The translations under genes were made by a program, and so were the position numbers. The notes below the pieces were generated by a model. It did no database searches and had not been told where the DNA came from. It saw only the letters and a program-made list of their open reading frames with translations. A DNA stretch of 63,203 nucleotides, the filler included, from Octopus bimaculoides (lineage: Eukaryota): the NCBI RefSeq assembly GCF_001194135.2. It is 3 parts of 3 records of this genome, joined end to end, with 100 filler letters (N's around TTAATTAATTAA, not from the genome) between each part and the next. Parts side by side here need not be neighbours in the genome. Positions count along the whole stretch, not along the records: positions 24,835 to 56,092 come from NC_068983.1; 2 more parts are not named here. The stretch is one strand, 5' to 3'. Of the stretch, positions 28,192 to 43,891 are shown one piece after another. Numbering within the stretch: position 1 is the first letter of the stretch; every line of letters begins with the position of its first letter.

Positions 28192-29814
28192 ATTGTAATA
28201 TATATAATATTAAAATTCAAATGGATAAATATACTGTGATAGTGAGCAAAATGTTTGTCTTACTCATCTGATATTACACTTGTAGGCAAAGTACTGGAGA
28301 AAACAAAAGAAAATAATAAGGCCTAAAATATGAATTTAGAATTGCCGTAAAGTTGTGATTATCTCAGTTCCAAAGTGAATCTTAGACAGTATTACAAGAA
28401 GTTTAAATGATTAGTAGAGTTTGTATATCGAGGTAAATGTTCTCATTTTCCAGAAAGCATGCTTGCTTGGCAGAGCAAGAACTAGAAGAAGGTTGCTAGA
28501 CGCATGGCGTTGATGATGCAGCAATCCAATACCGACAGAACAACATATAGTGTTTACATCTGCATTGATGCTTGGCTCGGCAGTATAGATTTGCAGTGGA
28601 CCAGAAATGATACCAACATATTTTTGACATTCGTTCAGACATTGTTGTGACAGGAAATTGATATTGAAGTGTTACATTACATGTGTAACCATCCCAGACG
28701 ACCACCAAATAGATAGCAAATAGTCGGTAGAAATTTATAACTCTTCTCAAGAATAGTAACTGGAGTTTTTAGTTCCATTACAAACAAGTTCGTAACACAC
28801 ATCAACGAGCTAGTATAACACCTATTATTACAGATTTACAAAAACGACTACTACTGAAACTGCCGATATCTGACGAAAAGCAGATCATATAATGCAGTAG
28901 AAAGTACCAAGTATGTATAAAGGAATAATTATACCAATAATAATAGCGACTGAAGCTCAAGTCCACCAATTTATAAGGAGAGAATATTATCCGATACCAT
29001 CAATATCAGTGCTTGATTGAGGTTTTATTTTGCAAGTCTGCGGATTGGAAGGCAAAATTAGGATTTAAATTCAAAGCGTAAACAGTCCTAACGAAAGACA
29101 CTTTGTCAGACGCTCTAACAATTCTACCAGTACACAGCCTTAATAACAATGCATGAAAACAGAAAAAGAATTCATAGCATATATTGTACGCAGGGAACAA
29201 ATAATATAAGTATATTGAATCACATATTTGCCAAGTTTAACTAATACTAAAACGAATCTATGTCATATTGAAGCTTCCAGTTATTTGGCTAGATTTCACA
29301 GGTGAGTGAAGCAACTATTTAATGTAGGAAGATACGAGAGGACAAATGAAATTCCAATAAATGCCATTTCGACAATTTTGGCGTACCTTTTAGAACACTT
29401 GTACTAGCACACATATTTTTCTAGACATCCAGAAAAGAGAAATATTTCTTCACTCTCAAAACAAATTCATATCCATCTTCCATAACTTGCTTACTCTCAT
29501 AAAACTAACTGTATTCGATGTTATACAGCGAAAAATACACTTCTTTTGTTTTCTACAACGTCTCTATGTTTCTTTATCCTCCCCTTAATCTTATTTATTA
29601 TTTCTCCTCCTGTTTTATTAAAGCTCATTATCTATTACTCTGTCTATGAATATCGTGTTGCTTTATCACTCTTTTATTCCCAGTCTATTATCAAAATATT
29701 ATCAACTGTTTCATTTTAATATTCAATTTTGAGACTTGCAATATTTATATGCTTAGATTTAATAAAATACTTATCCTCAGTATAAGCTTGTAATTTAAAC
29801 AAAGTGTTCAGTCT

Positions 29815-30060
29815 TGTGGAAAAACCGTAACACGAAACTGAGTTTCAATTGCAAGTATAAAATCAGCCAGAGTTATACTACACAACATCCTTATTCTCTT
29901 CTCTGCAATGTACGGCTCAGAAACATGGACATTAAAATCCAACTACACACGCAGACAGATTAGAAGGTTTTAAAACAGGAGGCTTGCAGTTTATATCAAG
30001 GATATCATTACGAAACATTTGTAGAAACACTGATTGAGACCGCAGTTATCACAAGCTGAA
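29815..30060 (+). mobile_element. RTE-clade LINE ORF2 remnant (region after the RT domain)
   Basis: WKNRN at 29817 and YGSETWTL at 29911-29934, the LYGSETW motif of RTE ORF2; frameshifted. Confidence 0.8.
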
Positions 30061-31021
30061 TCCAAGCTGTCTAATCTCTGTCGAAAATCTGCTTCAGGGT
30101 GCGCAGTTAGGGTACAATCATCTGCAAAATGAGCTCCTTTGCTTTTCAGGTGGATGGACTTAAAAAGAGACCAACGTCATATTTGTTCTAAGTTGGATAT
30201 CAGATGTTAATGGGTGAACGGTATTGTGAAGCACTCCACTAAACATCAAACTGAAGACCGAGGGTTTCGGCGAAAGATGCCGAGAATTCTCTATTATTGA
30301 AAAAACGACTTTACATGCCATCGTGAATCTGATACACCATGCAAATAAATTTTTGCAGGCAACCAAATTTCTATATTACTTTCTAGACACTATCTCTGCT
30401 TAAAGTATCAAATGCTTTATTCAGGCCGATGGATATAGAGCAGAGGCTGTCACACTATGGAATGTTTCCTTCTTTTGCTTTTATAGGGATGTACAATGCC
30501 GACATTTTTGAAGTTCTTGTGAGTTTAGTTCGTGCTCCCACATTGTAGTAAATAGGACAGGTAATTTTTTCCTGTATTTTCCGTCCATCATGTTTGTAGA
30601 TCAACAACTATTGCACTGGACCTAGAGTCGTTGCCGTTGGTTAGTCCCTTGATAGCCAATTGAATTTTGCCAAGTGTAGGTAGATTGCTCACCTGATAAT
30701 TAGTGGACACCTGAGGCAGCCGATTTATTGCTTCCACATTTATATGAGAGATGTAGTTAAGACAAAGTCAAAGTGTCTGACCATCGCTTTCGTATCAGTG
30801 ATTTCTCTGTCAGTAAAGACAAAACACCAGAGCTGAGCGGGGAGGCAGTCTTCGTTTTTGTTTATGGGAAAGGAGCATATAAAGCATACACACACACAAC
30901 ACGCACATGAGCTCACACACACATACACATGCACAATACACACATACACAACACATACATACACACACATACACAAGACATACACAAACTTAAACACATA
31001 TATGCATGCATGTAATTACAG

Positions 31022-31052
<31 letters not shown>

Positions 31053-31574
31053 CATATATATTATATATATATATATATATANNNNNNNNNNNNNNNNNNN
31101 NNNNNNNNNNNNNNNNNNNNNNNNNNNNNNNNNNNNNNNNNNNNNNNNNNNNNNNNNNNNNNNNNNNNNNNNNNNNNNNNNNNNNNNNNNNNNNNNNNNN
31201 NNNNNNNNNNNNNNNNNNNNNNNNNNNNNNNNNNNNNNNNNNNNNNNNNNNNNNNNNNNNNNNNNNNNNNNNNNNNNNNNNNNNNNNNNNNNNNNNNNNN
31301 NNNNNNNNNNNNNNNNNNNNNNNNNNNNNNNNNNNNNNNNNNNNNNNNNNNNNNNNNNNNNNNNNNNNNNNNNNNNNNNNNNNNNNNNNNNNNNNNNNNN
31401 NNNNNNNNNNNNNNNNNNNNNNNNNNNNNNNNNNNNNNNNNNNNNNNNNNNNNNNNNNNNNNNNNNNNNNNNNNNNNNNNNNNNNNNNNNNNNNNNNNNN
31501 NNNNNNNNNATATATATACACACATGTGCATGTACACACACGTATGTATACACACTCCACCACACACAGACATG

Positions 31575-31617
<43 letters not shown>

Positions 31618-34081
31618 TTACTCGCACGCATACACACACACACACTGAATGCTGCTTAGCAGAAAGTATTTACTGTAAAAATGATTGCGTCGAAAAACTA
31701 GGCCATGTATTTTGACAGGTATTTCAACCCTGACAGAATACGTATTCCTTACAGCAGCATCACCGGCAACAGAGACAGCAGTAGTAGTTCCTGTTGGCCT
31801 TGATGCTGTAGCAGCAAACGCAGCAGCAGCAGCAGCAATAGTGGCTGGCGTATTGATAACGGTAACAGCATGCATAGCAGCCACAGCAGCAACAACAACA
31901 ATCGCAGAAGTATTATCAACTGCAATGGCATCAAATAGCTATTCAACTGGAAGTGAACGTCTTTTTATCGCTTCCTTTATAATTCCCTCTTAGCTTTTGT
32001 TTTCCTTCTTTTTCCCCCACGTTATAAGAAGGAATGATCCAGCTTCTCTTTGATAATTTCCCTCCCTACTGGAATTATTTAGGCAAAAGTAAAACTCAAG
32101 TTAGTTTATGAATTATGAGTCTAATGATTATAATAAATAAAATCTCGCAACCATTTTCCCTTCAGATATTCGTGCTTGTTATTGTTGTGGCTGTCGTTAA
32201 GTTTACCTCAGTCTACAATACTGATGTACAACTAAATAAAACAATGCGATTCTTAACAATTCTTTCTTATCAAAACACCTCAAATAACCACCACATCATT
32301 GCAGCATCCTTTTTCTTATTTTATTTCATAATTTGCATTATATTTATTCCATTATCTTTTATTTTATCTATTTCTCACACTCCCTCCCCATGCACATACA
32401 TGTATATACGTATGTATGTATGTATGTATGTATGTATGTATGTATGTATATCTAAAGATATATGCATATCTTTAGATAGAAACAGAATATGAGGACAGAG
32501 TATAGTTAATCTATAGAAACTGTTTATTAGAAGATAAGGCGATAGGGGGATAAGAGTTATAGATAACTGATAAATATATGGTGCACGCTACAACCAGTAT
32601 TTATCTGCGTTAATTAGAAGACGAAGACAAACATTTTGATTATCGTAACAAAAATTGATCCAATAATTAAAATAGATTATAGCTACCTTTTTGACAAGAT
32701 TAATACTATGGCAATATTTTCATTGCTATTTTGCTCTTGCCGTCAAAAATGATAGCTATTTCCGTTATATTCTTTAGATGGATTTTCATTATAATCATAA
32801 AATTTCGAATTTTTAACTGATTTAATTTTATTTTACTTCTTGTCTGTTCAATCATGCTTATAGACTATATAGCAATTTTTCAAAACTTTCTCTTCGTTTC
32901 AACCGTTTAATTTATGCTCATAAACCATAACTATCTTTCCCCTGCATCACCTTCATCACCTCGACCACTTCTTAATTCTGGTTTCGAGGATCCTAGCAGA
33001 AAAGAGTTGGCATTTTCTTTTATATATGATATCGGTCTATCTTAGGCCATTTCTCCTACGAGATGAACTGAAGTTGGTAAGGCAATGTAATGTTTCGTAC
33101 TTTAGTTTTGTGATTCTAGTTTCTGGATATAAATCTAACATGGGTTGACGAAACCTATTACACTTCTGGAAAATAATTACCCTCAGAATAGTCACTGCAT
33201 TAATCAACGAGTAGCTTCTATGCGGTTACTTGGTTCGCTAGAGACAGCAGCCACACCATCCTCAAATCACACCATACTATCTTAAAAGGGGAAGGATGGA
33301 TTCAATACAAAAGTATTAGACAGACACAACATGTCTAATAAAATGTAGGGATGGTTATATAAGGAACTGGAATAACAGTTATTATATGTCAACTCGATCA
33401 ATACCTGACCTAAGGTTAAATAATAAAATATCAACTGTAATCTACTCTCTAAAACACTTGGCCATGTGCCTAAGCAATATTCACTATTACAGCAATAGAT
33501 GGTCTGTTGATTAAATAAAAGAAAAACACCTAGTACATTCTTAACAATAATTGTTTTCGTTCTTTTACGCTTCGAGTTCAAATCCTGTTGATTTTTATCA
33601 TTCATCCCACCATTATATTGTAAAAGGAATATATAAGATACTGACCAAGATATAAGATTCTTTAATTGTATGCATTCTTCAACTTGGCATCTTGTTTCAC
33701 AAACATGAGCCAGAAGATAACATACATTTCACTTTACACTCTAGCCATAAAACTTCTGATATTTCTTTCGCTATAGAGAATTAATCGATCGATTCAGCAG
33801 AGATTAGTTGCCGGGAAGTATTCCATAAATATCAGTTGCTTTTCGATTGATTCTCTCTGTTATCTTAAGGTAAGCATAATGATGGATCATCGTTTTAAGG
33901 AGAGTGAACAGGAATTCCACCACATTCTACTGGTGTCGACAGAAGATATATTACTATCAATAAGTTATTTACTGAAGTCTATCTTTATTCTCATGATAAC
34001 ACACTACATACCTATACACCCACACATGTACATACACAATCACACACACACACATATGTCAATATTTGTGTGTACGTTAGT

Positions 34082-34131
<50 letters not shown>

Positions 34132-35431
34132 GAATATATATAAATACACATATATAATGGACATATATATGTAGTAATTCCTTTTATATCCTGCTCTCTT
34201 TTTCCCTTATCCTTCTATCTATTTAAAATTCTAATGATTCTCACTCATTCTCGCAGTTTTTCCTTGACGCCTCTCTTTCTCATTTGCATCAAGCCTTCCT
34301 GTTTTCTGCTTTAGAAACACACGATCACACACAACGGATATGCTAATTTTGATGCATAAGCATATGTTATATATAGATACGAAATATAGAAGAATGTGCG
34401 TTACTGTCAGATTTCAACAATCACATCTTTACACCAAGTACCTATACAGAAGTAGCCTGGTATATATAGGTGAGTAATTGAACATCCACCCGTGAAAGTA
34501 TTGTGAAAACCTACCCGGTGATTTGCGAATGTGTCTAGATTGCTTCTTTTTTTTTTTAAGATGTCCAAACAGCAATTCGAAGAGGCTACATCAAAACCCA
34601 CCTCTAATTCGTTCATCCATTTAACTAGTGATATAAAAATTATTGACTTTTTTTCACATACAGAGACATCACAGAGGATATTGAAACTTCAACTTCCACG
34701 CCATGACCTTGGTATGATGGTGACACCAAATAAATAAGCATACATATTGCTTCTTTTAATGTATGTACGTATGTATGTATGTATGTATGTATGTATGTAG
34801 GCAGGTAGGCAGGTATACACACGTACGTATGCGTGTGTATATAAGCATGCTTTTCTTTGAATTTAATTTAGGTTCTTGAAAGAATTCAAACCAGTTGCTA
34901 ACAAAACAAGAAGACCTTTTGAGTTAAGAGAGTTTCTTGTGTTTTTAAATATGAGGTTTGGTTGAACTGTCGATGCATACATCCAAGTGTGTGCATCTTT
35001 TCACATAAGAATCTCACGGGAAAATTTCTAGAATGTCTTACAAATCTTTGCTGTACCACCAAGAGATTAGAATTGGAGAATCTGCATCAGTTTCATTTGC
35101 TCTTTTTCCGTGGTATGTACGTATGTGCGTGTGCATATATGCATGTCTGTCTATCTCTGTGTCTGTATTATGTATGTATGTATGTATGTATGTATGTATG
35201 TATGTATGTATATATGTATGTATGCATGCATTCAGGCAGGTAGGTGGGTAGGTGGGTGGGGAGGTAGGGAGGGAGGGAGGGAGGGAATTAGGGAGATGGG
35301 TATGTCAGTAGATAGGTGGGTGGGTAGGTACGTAGGCCGGCAGGTAGGTATCATTACAATTGAAAGGAGTCATCAGTCACAGGTAAAGGGAAACGCAAAC
35401 ACGTTTACACAGCATTCATGAAAGGTTATAA

Positions 35432-35552
35432 TGGCGGTGAACTGACCAAGTCTCTTAACAATATCGGATAGAATACTTCTGATAGTATCATGTTCCCTAA
35501 GATCAGATCCCGCCCTTGTCAACTTTGCATTTTAACCTCTCGGGAGTGAACA
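35432..35552 (+). mobile_element. SINE family B (highly decayed)
   Basis: GGCGGTGAACTG head and GTCAACTTTGCATTTTAACCTCTCGGG core. Confidence 0.55.
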
Positions 35553-36382
35553 TATAAGATAGATATGCAGCGTTGAAGATTGGCGGAAATATTAGGGCAT
35601 CGGATATGATTTCAAGCGAACTCTTTGTTCATGACGTTCTAAAAGCCACTACTCTAACGACATCAGTATCAAGCTGCAGCAACCTTTAATATTTCTTTTC
35701 TATGATAGCAATGGTTATGTGAAGAAGGACAACGAATGATCTTACATGAAAAGAAACTATTCCCCATTCTGCACACAGAAAAGGAATTTCTCAGTTACGG
35801 ACACGGTCTTATAAAATCTAAAAAGACTGTGATCTCAGTTTAGCGTCGTATTCTACACTTATCAAAGCAAGGACGTAGTTCGTGCTTGCCTATACAACTT
35901 GAATATAAAAGTATGGCTTTGCCAGGTATGTAATCTCGTCATACGCTTCATCTTAGACGTTATTCATGTACAAATTTTGCATGACAATTAAGTGTTGCAT
36001 TTAAACAGAGAATTACTAATTAGAATCTATTATAAATGCACGAATACATTCACTCACTCTGAAACACACACACACACACTATATATATATACAGTTAGAC
36101 AGGCAGAGATATGTATTTATACGTACACATATAGATGCTAATATGTGTGTGTGATGAGTGAGTGAGTGAGTGAGTGAGCGAGCCAGTGAGTGAGCGAGCC
36201 AGTGAGTGAGCGAGCCAGTGAGCGTGTGTGTGTGTGTTTGTGTGTGTGTGTATGTGTGTGTGTGTGAGGGTGTGTGTGTGTGCATAATTCCAAACTAAAG
36301 CAAAAGAGTGCTCAATACTTAGAAGTTACAGTGGAGCGTTAAGGTTCCCGCATATTACATGTTAAGTCTTTTACACGACATT

Positions 36383-36679
36383 TGGTTAGACCCAATGGTT
36401 CAGGTTTTGCACTTACGATCTCGAGATCACGGTCCCAATTCGTAGACCGAGTGGTACGTTGCGTTCTTGAGTAAAACACTTCATCTCACGTTGCTCTGCG
36501 ATCACTTAGAAACCTGATGTGTGGTACACTGTACACCTGTTGAGGCAACGTCGATTTGATGGAGTGAGTGAGTGAGCTAATGTAGGGCACGAACATTTGA
36601 TCTCTTTAAACAAATCATTTGTGCAAGTCGTTCGACAAAAGTTGAACGCTCATACGTCATCTTCGACAAGAGAGTCCAT

Positions 36680-36682
<3 letters not shown>
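36383..36682 (+). mobile_element. tRNA-derived SINE, family C
   Basis: tRNA-like head, TTCTTGAGTAAAACACTTCATCTCACGTTGCTC central segment similar to 61570-61600, and a (TG)n tail. Confidence 0.7.
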
Positions 36683-36736
<54 letters not shown>

Positions 36737-37102
36737 CTATTGTTCTTAAACAAGAATGTTATTGACAGAGACTTCGAAGTTTCGGTTAGTTAAGCCATTG
36801 TATCTATTTACACACACATAAATCCATACAGACATCCGCATGTTTATACGAGTGTATAGCTGTGTTTCACAAACGAAAATAAATGTAAATTGTATCCCGA
36901 TAGTTACGTCGCAACATAACAAGTTTTTACTGAATCTTGAGAAAAATTTCAAAAATAATAAATCTCGTTATGCGTATTTGACAATCATCATTAAAATTTG
37001 TTCAGGTGAGTGGTAGGTAAACCGGGTGCTAGAATGCTTTCTGCAGGGCATATCGGCAATTAATGATTTCATTAGGTTACTCAAGGGATTATTTTTGAAA
37101 TG

Positions 37103-37184
<82 letters not shown>

Positions 37185-37379
37185 TCGTTTTCTCTTATCT
37201 TACTCTACACTTCTCCTTTACTCCTATTTCCTTTCTAGATTTAAGCCTTTTAAATATGCTGCTGATCTTCGTGTTTCAATATTATTTACTTCAATTTTAA
37301 GTAGAAATAGCCAACAGCTTTTCATGTCTTACATTACATTCAGTATTCTTCAGCTCCTCCATATGTGTGTTTAGTACTA

Positions 37380-37431
<52 letters not shown>

Positions 37432-39021
37432 TACATATCACCTTCTATCTACAGCTACTCGTGTCTTCCCATCTTTCTATTTTGTTTAGGTTTTGCCAGG
37501 TTATCACTGTCTTTTCCTTTGTACGTAAGTACGTATGTATGCATGTATGTATGCATGTATGTATGCATGTATGTATATTCGCCATCCTTGTCCTCCCCAG
37601 CATTCTTCTGCTGTCTTCATTTCCTTTTAAATAATTATCGGAACTGAGTTTGAATTAAATGTCACAGAGAAAGAGGATAAATAAAGAGACCGAGGGAGTG
37701 AGAGGAGAAGGGAAGAAAGACAGAAAGGATGGAGCAAGATTACTAAATGTTCTAATGCCTCACCACATGATGTGTACGAGTGTACCATTATATTTGAACA
37801 GATATACACATATATACGATCAATGCATACATGCACATATATAAATACAAGCATACATACATACATACATACATACATACATACATTCATGCATACATAC
37901 TCGCCTACACCATTGTGTGTTTAGCAATTAGTCACTTCCAGTCATTTTCCTCTGCAATATATGTATATATACGTATGTATATGTATTATTACGTTGGCTT
38001 CTATATGTGGGTATTTTTTTTTTTTGTTCTTTTTTGCAATTCTTTAAATGACATGCGAGTGAGAGAGAATGCGTAGAGGGAGAGATGCTCAAAATGTGAA
38101 AGAGAGGAAGAAAGAAGAAACTCTGAAATTCCATAGGTGATTTCAAGTCAACGAAAGACATGATTCCTAGCCGTTGTTTTCTTATATTCAACATTTATCT
38201 TTCGTTAGGCGGAAAGTGATTACCGTGGTATTTCGAGCATATCCCAAAATGAAACGTGGATTCTGAAAGCAGCTTTAATTTGATTTACTGTAGAGTCTAA
38301 CATTAGAGCAAATGAGAAGGCGTGATTGAAAACTAAGTATTTGGAGACTGAAGCCATCAGGAAGACAACACGTTGCAGATTACAGCGTGGCCTGTCAGAT
38401 TATTGAGTAAGAATCCAATTTTATGACGAGTTATGTAATATAACCTACCGTAAATTGCTGCTGTCTGTGAGTCTGTCAAAAATATGATTGCAATCCAGCT
38501 CATAATATATTGAATAATATAATGTAACTAAGTACACAAGATAACCTATATGGGGACAGAGAGCAAAGCAACACGTTCAAAATGGAACTGGGGAATGCAT
38601 ATTCCGATCTTATACGATAAGAATGTAAAGAATTCAGGCCGCCTCCCTGACAACTGTATGATATAGTGGACTGTAGTTAACATGCACGGGTATTTAATAC
38701 GATAGATTTAAGTTCACTGTTTCAGAGGATACCGAGCAAGACAGAAATGTTAAAAGTGGCAGGCTTTTCTCTAAAATGCTACGTTAAAAATAATACGTAC
38801 CAATTCGATATAAACAAGTGAGTCAGGTGAAGTAAGCGTTTGATAAATTTTAAGTATATTGCGAAGAGACGAAAGATGAGGTTGATTCCTGTCGTATTCG
38901 AAGCTTCGGAACTAAATGAACGAACGTTCTTTTTAGTTTCTGGATGAAATAATGTTAGGAATTTAATTCGGTATCTACTATGCCGGCACACGCACGCATA
39001 CATCCATATTCTACATATTCA

Positions 39022-39062
<41 letters not shown>

Positions 39063-40560
39063 GTGCGTGTGTGCGTGTGTGCGTGTGTGCGTGTGTGCGT
39101 GTGTGCGTGTGTGTGTGTGTGTGTGTGTTTGTGTGTGTGTGTAGGACATATAAAAGTAAATGTGATAGCTTCATACAGCTTTGTAATTTTTAAGTACGTA
39201 CCTACGTTTGGCAGAGCATGGAATATTTAATTTTGTGTGCTTAATCAATAATGTAATTTCTTGGTTCAAGATAGACTTTCTAGGCTGCAACAACTGCAGA
39301 TAGTATTTAATCACGTATAAATTGGTCCCTTATCTAAAAGTCACCAGTTATTGATATGGGGTTTATAGCTATATTTTTCTAAAACCTGATAAATGTTACT
39401 AGTTTCGTGTGAAATCTTTTTTTGAAATGTTCTAAATGTTCAATTATAACGGTAGATTTTGTTCTAAAGTTGCTCAGATTTCAATATAATCAATCCAGTT
39501 TTTGCTAACGTTACCTGTAAAAGTATCAGCATACATAACTCATTCTATCCCAGGTAGTTCTTCTGACTGAGTATACACGTCGTGACGTTAGGTGAGAAGT
39601 GTATGGACTATAATAATAATTATCGAAATTACAGAAACACAACCAAGTCAAAGAGTGAGTTCCATGAAATCCACATGACTTGTTAAAAAAGGACGCAAAA
39701 ATTCTCTCAGTTATTGCTTAGTGTGTCTAAAACTCACTGAATCATGTATTTCTAGACACACTGACTGAAAAGAGGGAGATGAGATTATTATGGACAAGTA
39801 AATCTTGTTGCTCAAAGGTTTAATTGATCAGGGATGATCTGAGGCTAAACAACAACAAAAAAATATATATAACGCACAGATGGCTAAGTATGTAAGGCAT
39901 TAGACTATACATTAATATCTCAGGGATATTATCTTTACTCCTATTCTATAAAAAAAAATAATGCGCCAGACATCAATTTCCAAAGCTGCAAGTTTTAGCT
40001 CTACTTCAATTCAGCCGCTGTCAATAGACTTAAGTTAGAAATATCAGAAACATTTTCTTTATTAAACCCCAAAGACGAGTCTATGAATCAAAATAATGGT
40101 GTATATGAAAAGAAACTTCATGTTTTATATATCAGTAAAGTTTTAAGTTGTTAAATATCTCAGGTGGACTAAATTATATTGTCACCTATAGACGTTTGCG
40201 ACAAATTTCTATAATAAATATCTAGGTATTCTACACGTGTGGAAATCTGTGAAGTACGCTTATATACAGATATATTTATGTATGAGTCTATATGTGTGTG
40301 TATGAGTGAGTGTATGTGTGTGTGTGTGAGTGCGTGTGTAGGGGAAATATGCATACATATATCCATTTACGAGTGTCTATATATATAAATATGTATGTAG
40401 TTGGTTGTATTTTATTACAAACAATAGCATTAATACAGCAAAATCTTACTCATGCCAGCAAATGATACAGTAGAAGGTTTATTACTATTCTGTCATTCTG
40501 TGGTTGTCAATGCCTGCTCCTACAAATTCTGTAAATTATCGAAAATATCAATAATAACTA

Positions 40561-40628
<68 letters not shown>

Positions 40629-43454
40629 TCTAGGCACATATCTATTGGTAATAGGTAGAATTCATTTTCTTTTTCCCTGTTTTATTACTGGTAATTTTAT
40701 GAGTGAACGAGGGAACTTTTAGAAGCAGGAATAACACCAAACCTTCCTTATGTTATTGCATCATATCAATTTTCAAAAATAACGCAATGAATGGTGTAGT
40801 CGGGAGTACATTACGCCCGACAAAAGATGGAGTAGTAACTTCTGTAATGCTTTTGATAGAAGGCATGCTCAATCAAAGCTGATATGTGGCTAAACAACTT
40901 CAAGACCATCACCAATAATTGATAAAAATCTTTTATCGATTTCTTGTGGTCAAAGAGGCAAAATCTACTTTGGGGAAATTTGAATAGAGAAACAACAACT
41001 GACACTAAACGCTGACATATTTACTATAACTTACAGTTTCAGCTATCCCAATGATTCATGATTTTAAAATTTTAACATTAGACCTAGAACGAAAAAGGTT
41101 ATGAGGAACACGGATATATATATATATATACATAGTCTATCCGAGTCAACCACCAGAAATATTTTTTATTCACTCTACACGAGTGAACGACAAAGATTTC
41201 GCATAGTTGAATTAAGAACCTAAAGAAGAGACGGAACTATATATACAATTAGACATCTAGACTGATGTTTTACAAATTCAATGACGATGACAGCAATGGC
41301 TGTAACAATGACGATAGCAAAGATGATGCGACAACGAAGACGACGATGACGATGATGCGATGATGACGATTATGATGCGTCAAAAACCTTCGGATTATAG
41401 ACGTATGTATACAGGATGTTGTGTCGCCCATGTCTTTCTCAATACAAATAACGGTTTACCTAGAAAGCTATTTTTCTAAAGCATAACCAAACAACATTCA
41501 GTAAGTTTCCTATAGAATGCTAACTAAACTTGAAAAAAATCAGATTTGTCATAGACGTTGTCTATCGACTGCTGGATGAAACTTCCGCATGCCGTTTACA
41601 GTCTCTTCTGTGATAGATGTATGTCTACCGCTCCACGTTGGCCAACTACCACTGGAACGGAGTGCTGCCAAGATCATGAGATTATCTTTGGGTATCAGTA
41701 CCTCGGCAATTACTATGTCCCAAACAAAAATCACGAAACTCACTTGGCGAAACCAATTTCTCAATCAATTAGTAGGGAAATGGTACAAATCGATGCCTAA
41801 GTCTGTCTTCGAATATGATTAACGCTGAGTTTATTGATATGACATACTGCTGTGGCGTATTGATATGGTGACTGACTGGTAATCAAAAGATTGATCGATA
41901 GTTCGCGCAGTAATTGTCATTGTTGTGTACATGCGAAGATTCTTAACTTATTTTATTGCCACACCTCCCAGTTGCAAGTTAGTCGACAATGATTGTCTCA
42001 ATATATGATTAATGAGCCTGGGGTAGTGAAATCAAATCATTTTATATATTCTATGCAGGTGGATCCAATCACTTGGTCGTACGATGTTGGGTCACAACAA
42101 AAACCGTTTCTCTTTATCTTAGAACAAAGTAGCCCGATGAATGCCACTGGTTTCCAGGACACTCCAAATTTCAGTCTGAATGCAAATGCTGGAGATCTAA
42201 GTATATGTATTTGGAAGGAATTAACTTAAAATTTAAAATTTCTGGTGTTATTTTGAATCGGCTGAACAGGTGTTTACCACTATAGAAGAGCACCCGTACT
42301 AAACTTAAAAAGTGACGTAACCCTAATTAGATTAATGGTTCAGAAATCGATAAACTACTCCACTATGCTAACGCAGCTCATTTTTTATGAACAGTTACCT
42401 TCGGTATTACTTGGATTACATTCCTAGTAATAATATGCATTAACTCCCTACTAGACCTTCATTTAACAGCAATTACATTTTCTCAGCAAAGAAACACTTC
42501 TTGTGATTTATACCGAAAAGTGAAGAACAAAATGAAAATGAGAATATTCAGTTGTCTCATCTACTCACAGATCTTAAAAATCCACATACGACACTTAGAA
42601 TTGGTAAATTTGATAGATTGTTCTTAGAAAAAAAACTAATTGTGCTTTACTGATGATGAATAAACAGAGAGACATGAATGCAGAGACAACAGGCAACTGA
42701 TAAAACAGAGCCTGTTGTCATTTACATAAACATTACAAAAGAAAATAACAGAATTGACACACGCAGACAATAGGAAGAAAGTAGCAAAAAAACAAAATTT
42801 CTAGTGTATTATCTACAGTTTGGTCTAGAATTATATTACCAGTGTCCTTGAAATAAAACTTAGTTTGTTACGTAAGGTGGCTGAACTTCAAAGACGTACA
42901 TCGCTGTGAAAATGAAACGAAATTACCCACTACATTGAGTTAAGTGGATATCTAACACGTTATTTGCAACTCTTTCGCTCACTATCTTTTACCTTTCTCT
43001 CCATCTACCTATCGAAATTTCTGTTAGATAACATTTTTCATAGTATGAATATGAAATTAGATTGTCATTGAAATCTCACTGCAATCTATCATTATTTAAA
43101 TTCTGTTTGGGTTAATTATAGTTCTGATTAAGTTTCTGATTGAAAGGTCTTTCCGGACAGCTTAGCAAAATGAATACAACTAATTAATAAAAAGTCAAAC
43201 AACTAAATCATTTAATTGCGTTTATGTAACACATATAGATATTATTTCATTTTGAAGCATCAGAACATCAACTTAGCCGAGATCTGATTGGGGAGATTTA
43301 TGATGGAACACGTTCCAACCGTAATCTTTTATTATCATGCATATGATTTTAAGATTATAAACCAATATATTCTTCCTACTTTTCAAGTTGGAAGAGTTTG
43401 ATATGAGGGACATTTGGCTGCTATTATTAGCAAGTTGAAGGCAGCAAGTTGGTT

Positions 43455-43662
43455 GGACCATTAGTACCCTAGACAGAGTGCTTAGCGGTAGTTCAACTGC
43501 TTTTACGTTCTGAATTCAAATTCCACCGAGGTCGACTTAGCCTTTCATTCTTTGATGAAAGAGGTCGATAAAGTAAGTACCAGATGAGTACTATGATTGA
43601 TGTAAATCACTAGCTCCTCCATCCAAATTTCAGGCATCGTACCCATAGTAGAAGGAATGACT
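43455..43662 (+). mobile_element. SINE family B
   Basis: GCTTAGCGGTA...TTACGTTCTGAATTCAAATTCCACCGAGGTCGACTTAGCCTTTCAT...TAAGTACCAG matches 55140-55310. Confidence 0.85.
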
Positions 43663-43891
43663 ACCAAGTCGAACAACTGCATAGAATCTCTTCTTGGCTC
43701 ATTACTTCGAACATATGACCGTGTAAGTGGCTAAGAAGGATATTGATTGGTTAATGTTCAAAGAGAACTAGAAACTCTATACAACAAACACAATAACTAT
43801 ACATATTTGTATCTAGCCTCGCTATCACCATCATTGATCGAGTTAGTCAGTGAACACTACTGAATCTCACAACCCTTTTCAAATCAAACCA

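Noticed and set aside
30251-30276. CTGAAGA-CCGAGGGTTTCGG-CGAAA hammerhead-like motif
   Set aside because: Stem II is out of register with GAAA and no stem I can be formed.
31685-31993. 102-aa Ala/Val/Thr-rich hydrophobic ORF
   Set aside because: Degenerate (GCA/GTA/ACA)n low-complexity tract; openness is expected from composition.
41549-41822. Three overlapping ORFs, one with YQYLG reminiscent of LINE RT
   Set aside because: Similarity too weak; no YADD motif nearby.
42059-42229. Acceptor followed by an open frame (VDPITWSYDVG...)
   Set aside because: No convincing donor and no recognisable homology.
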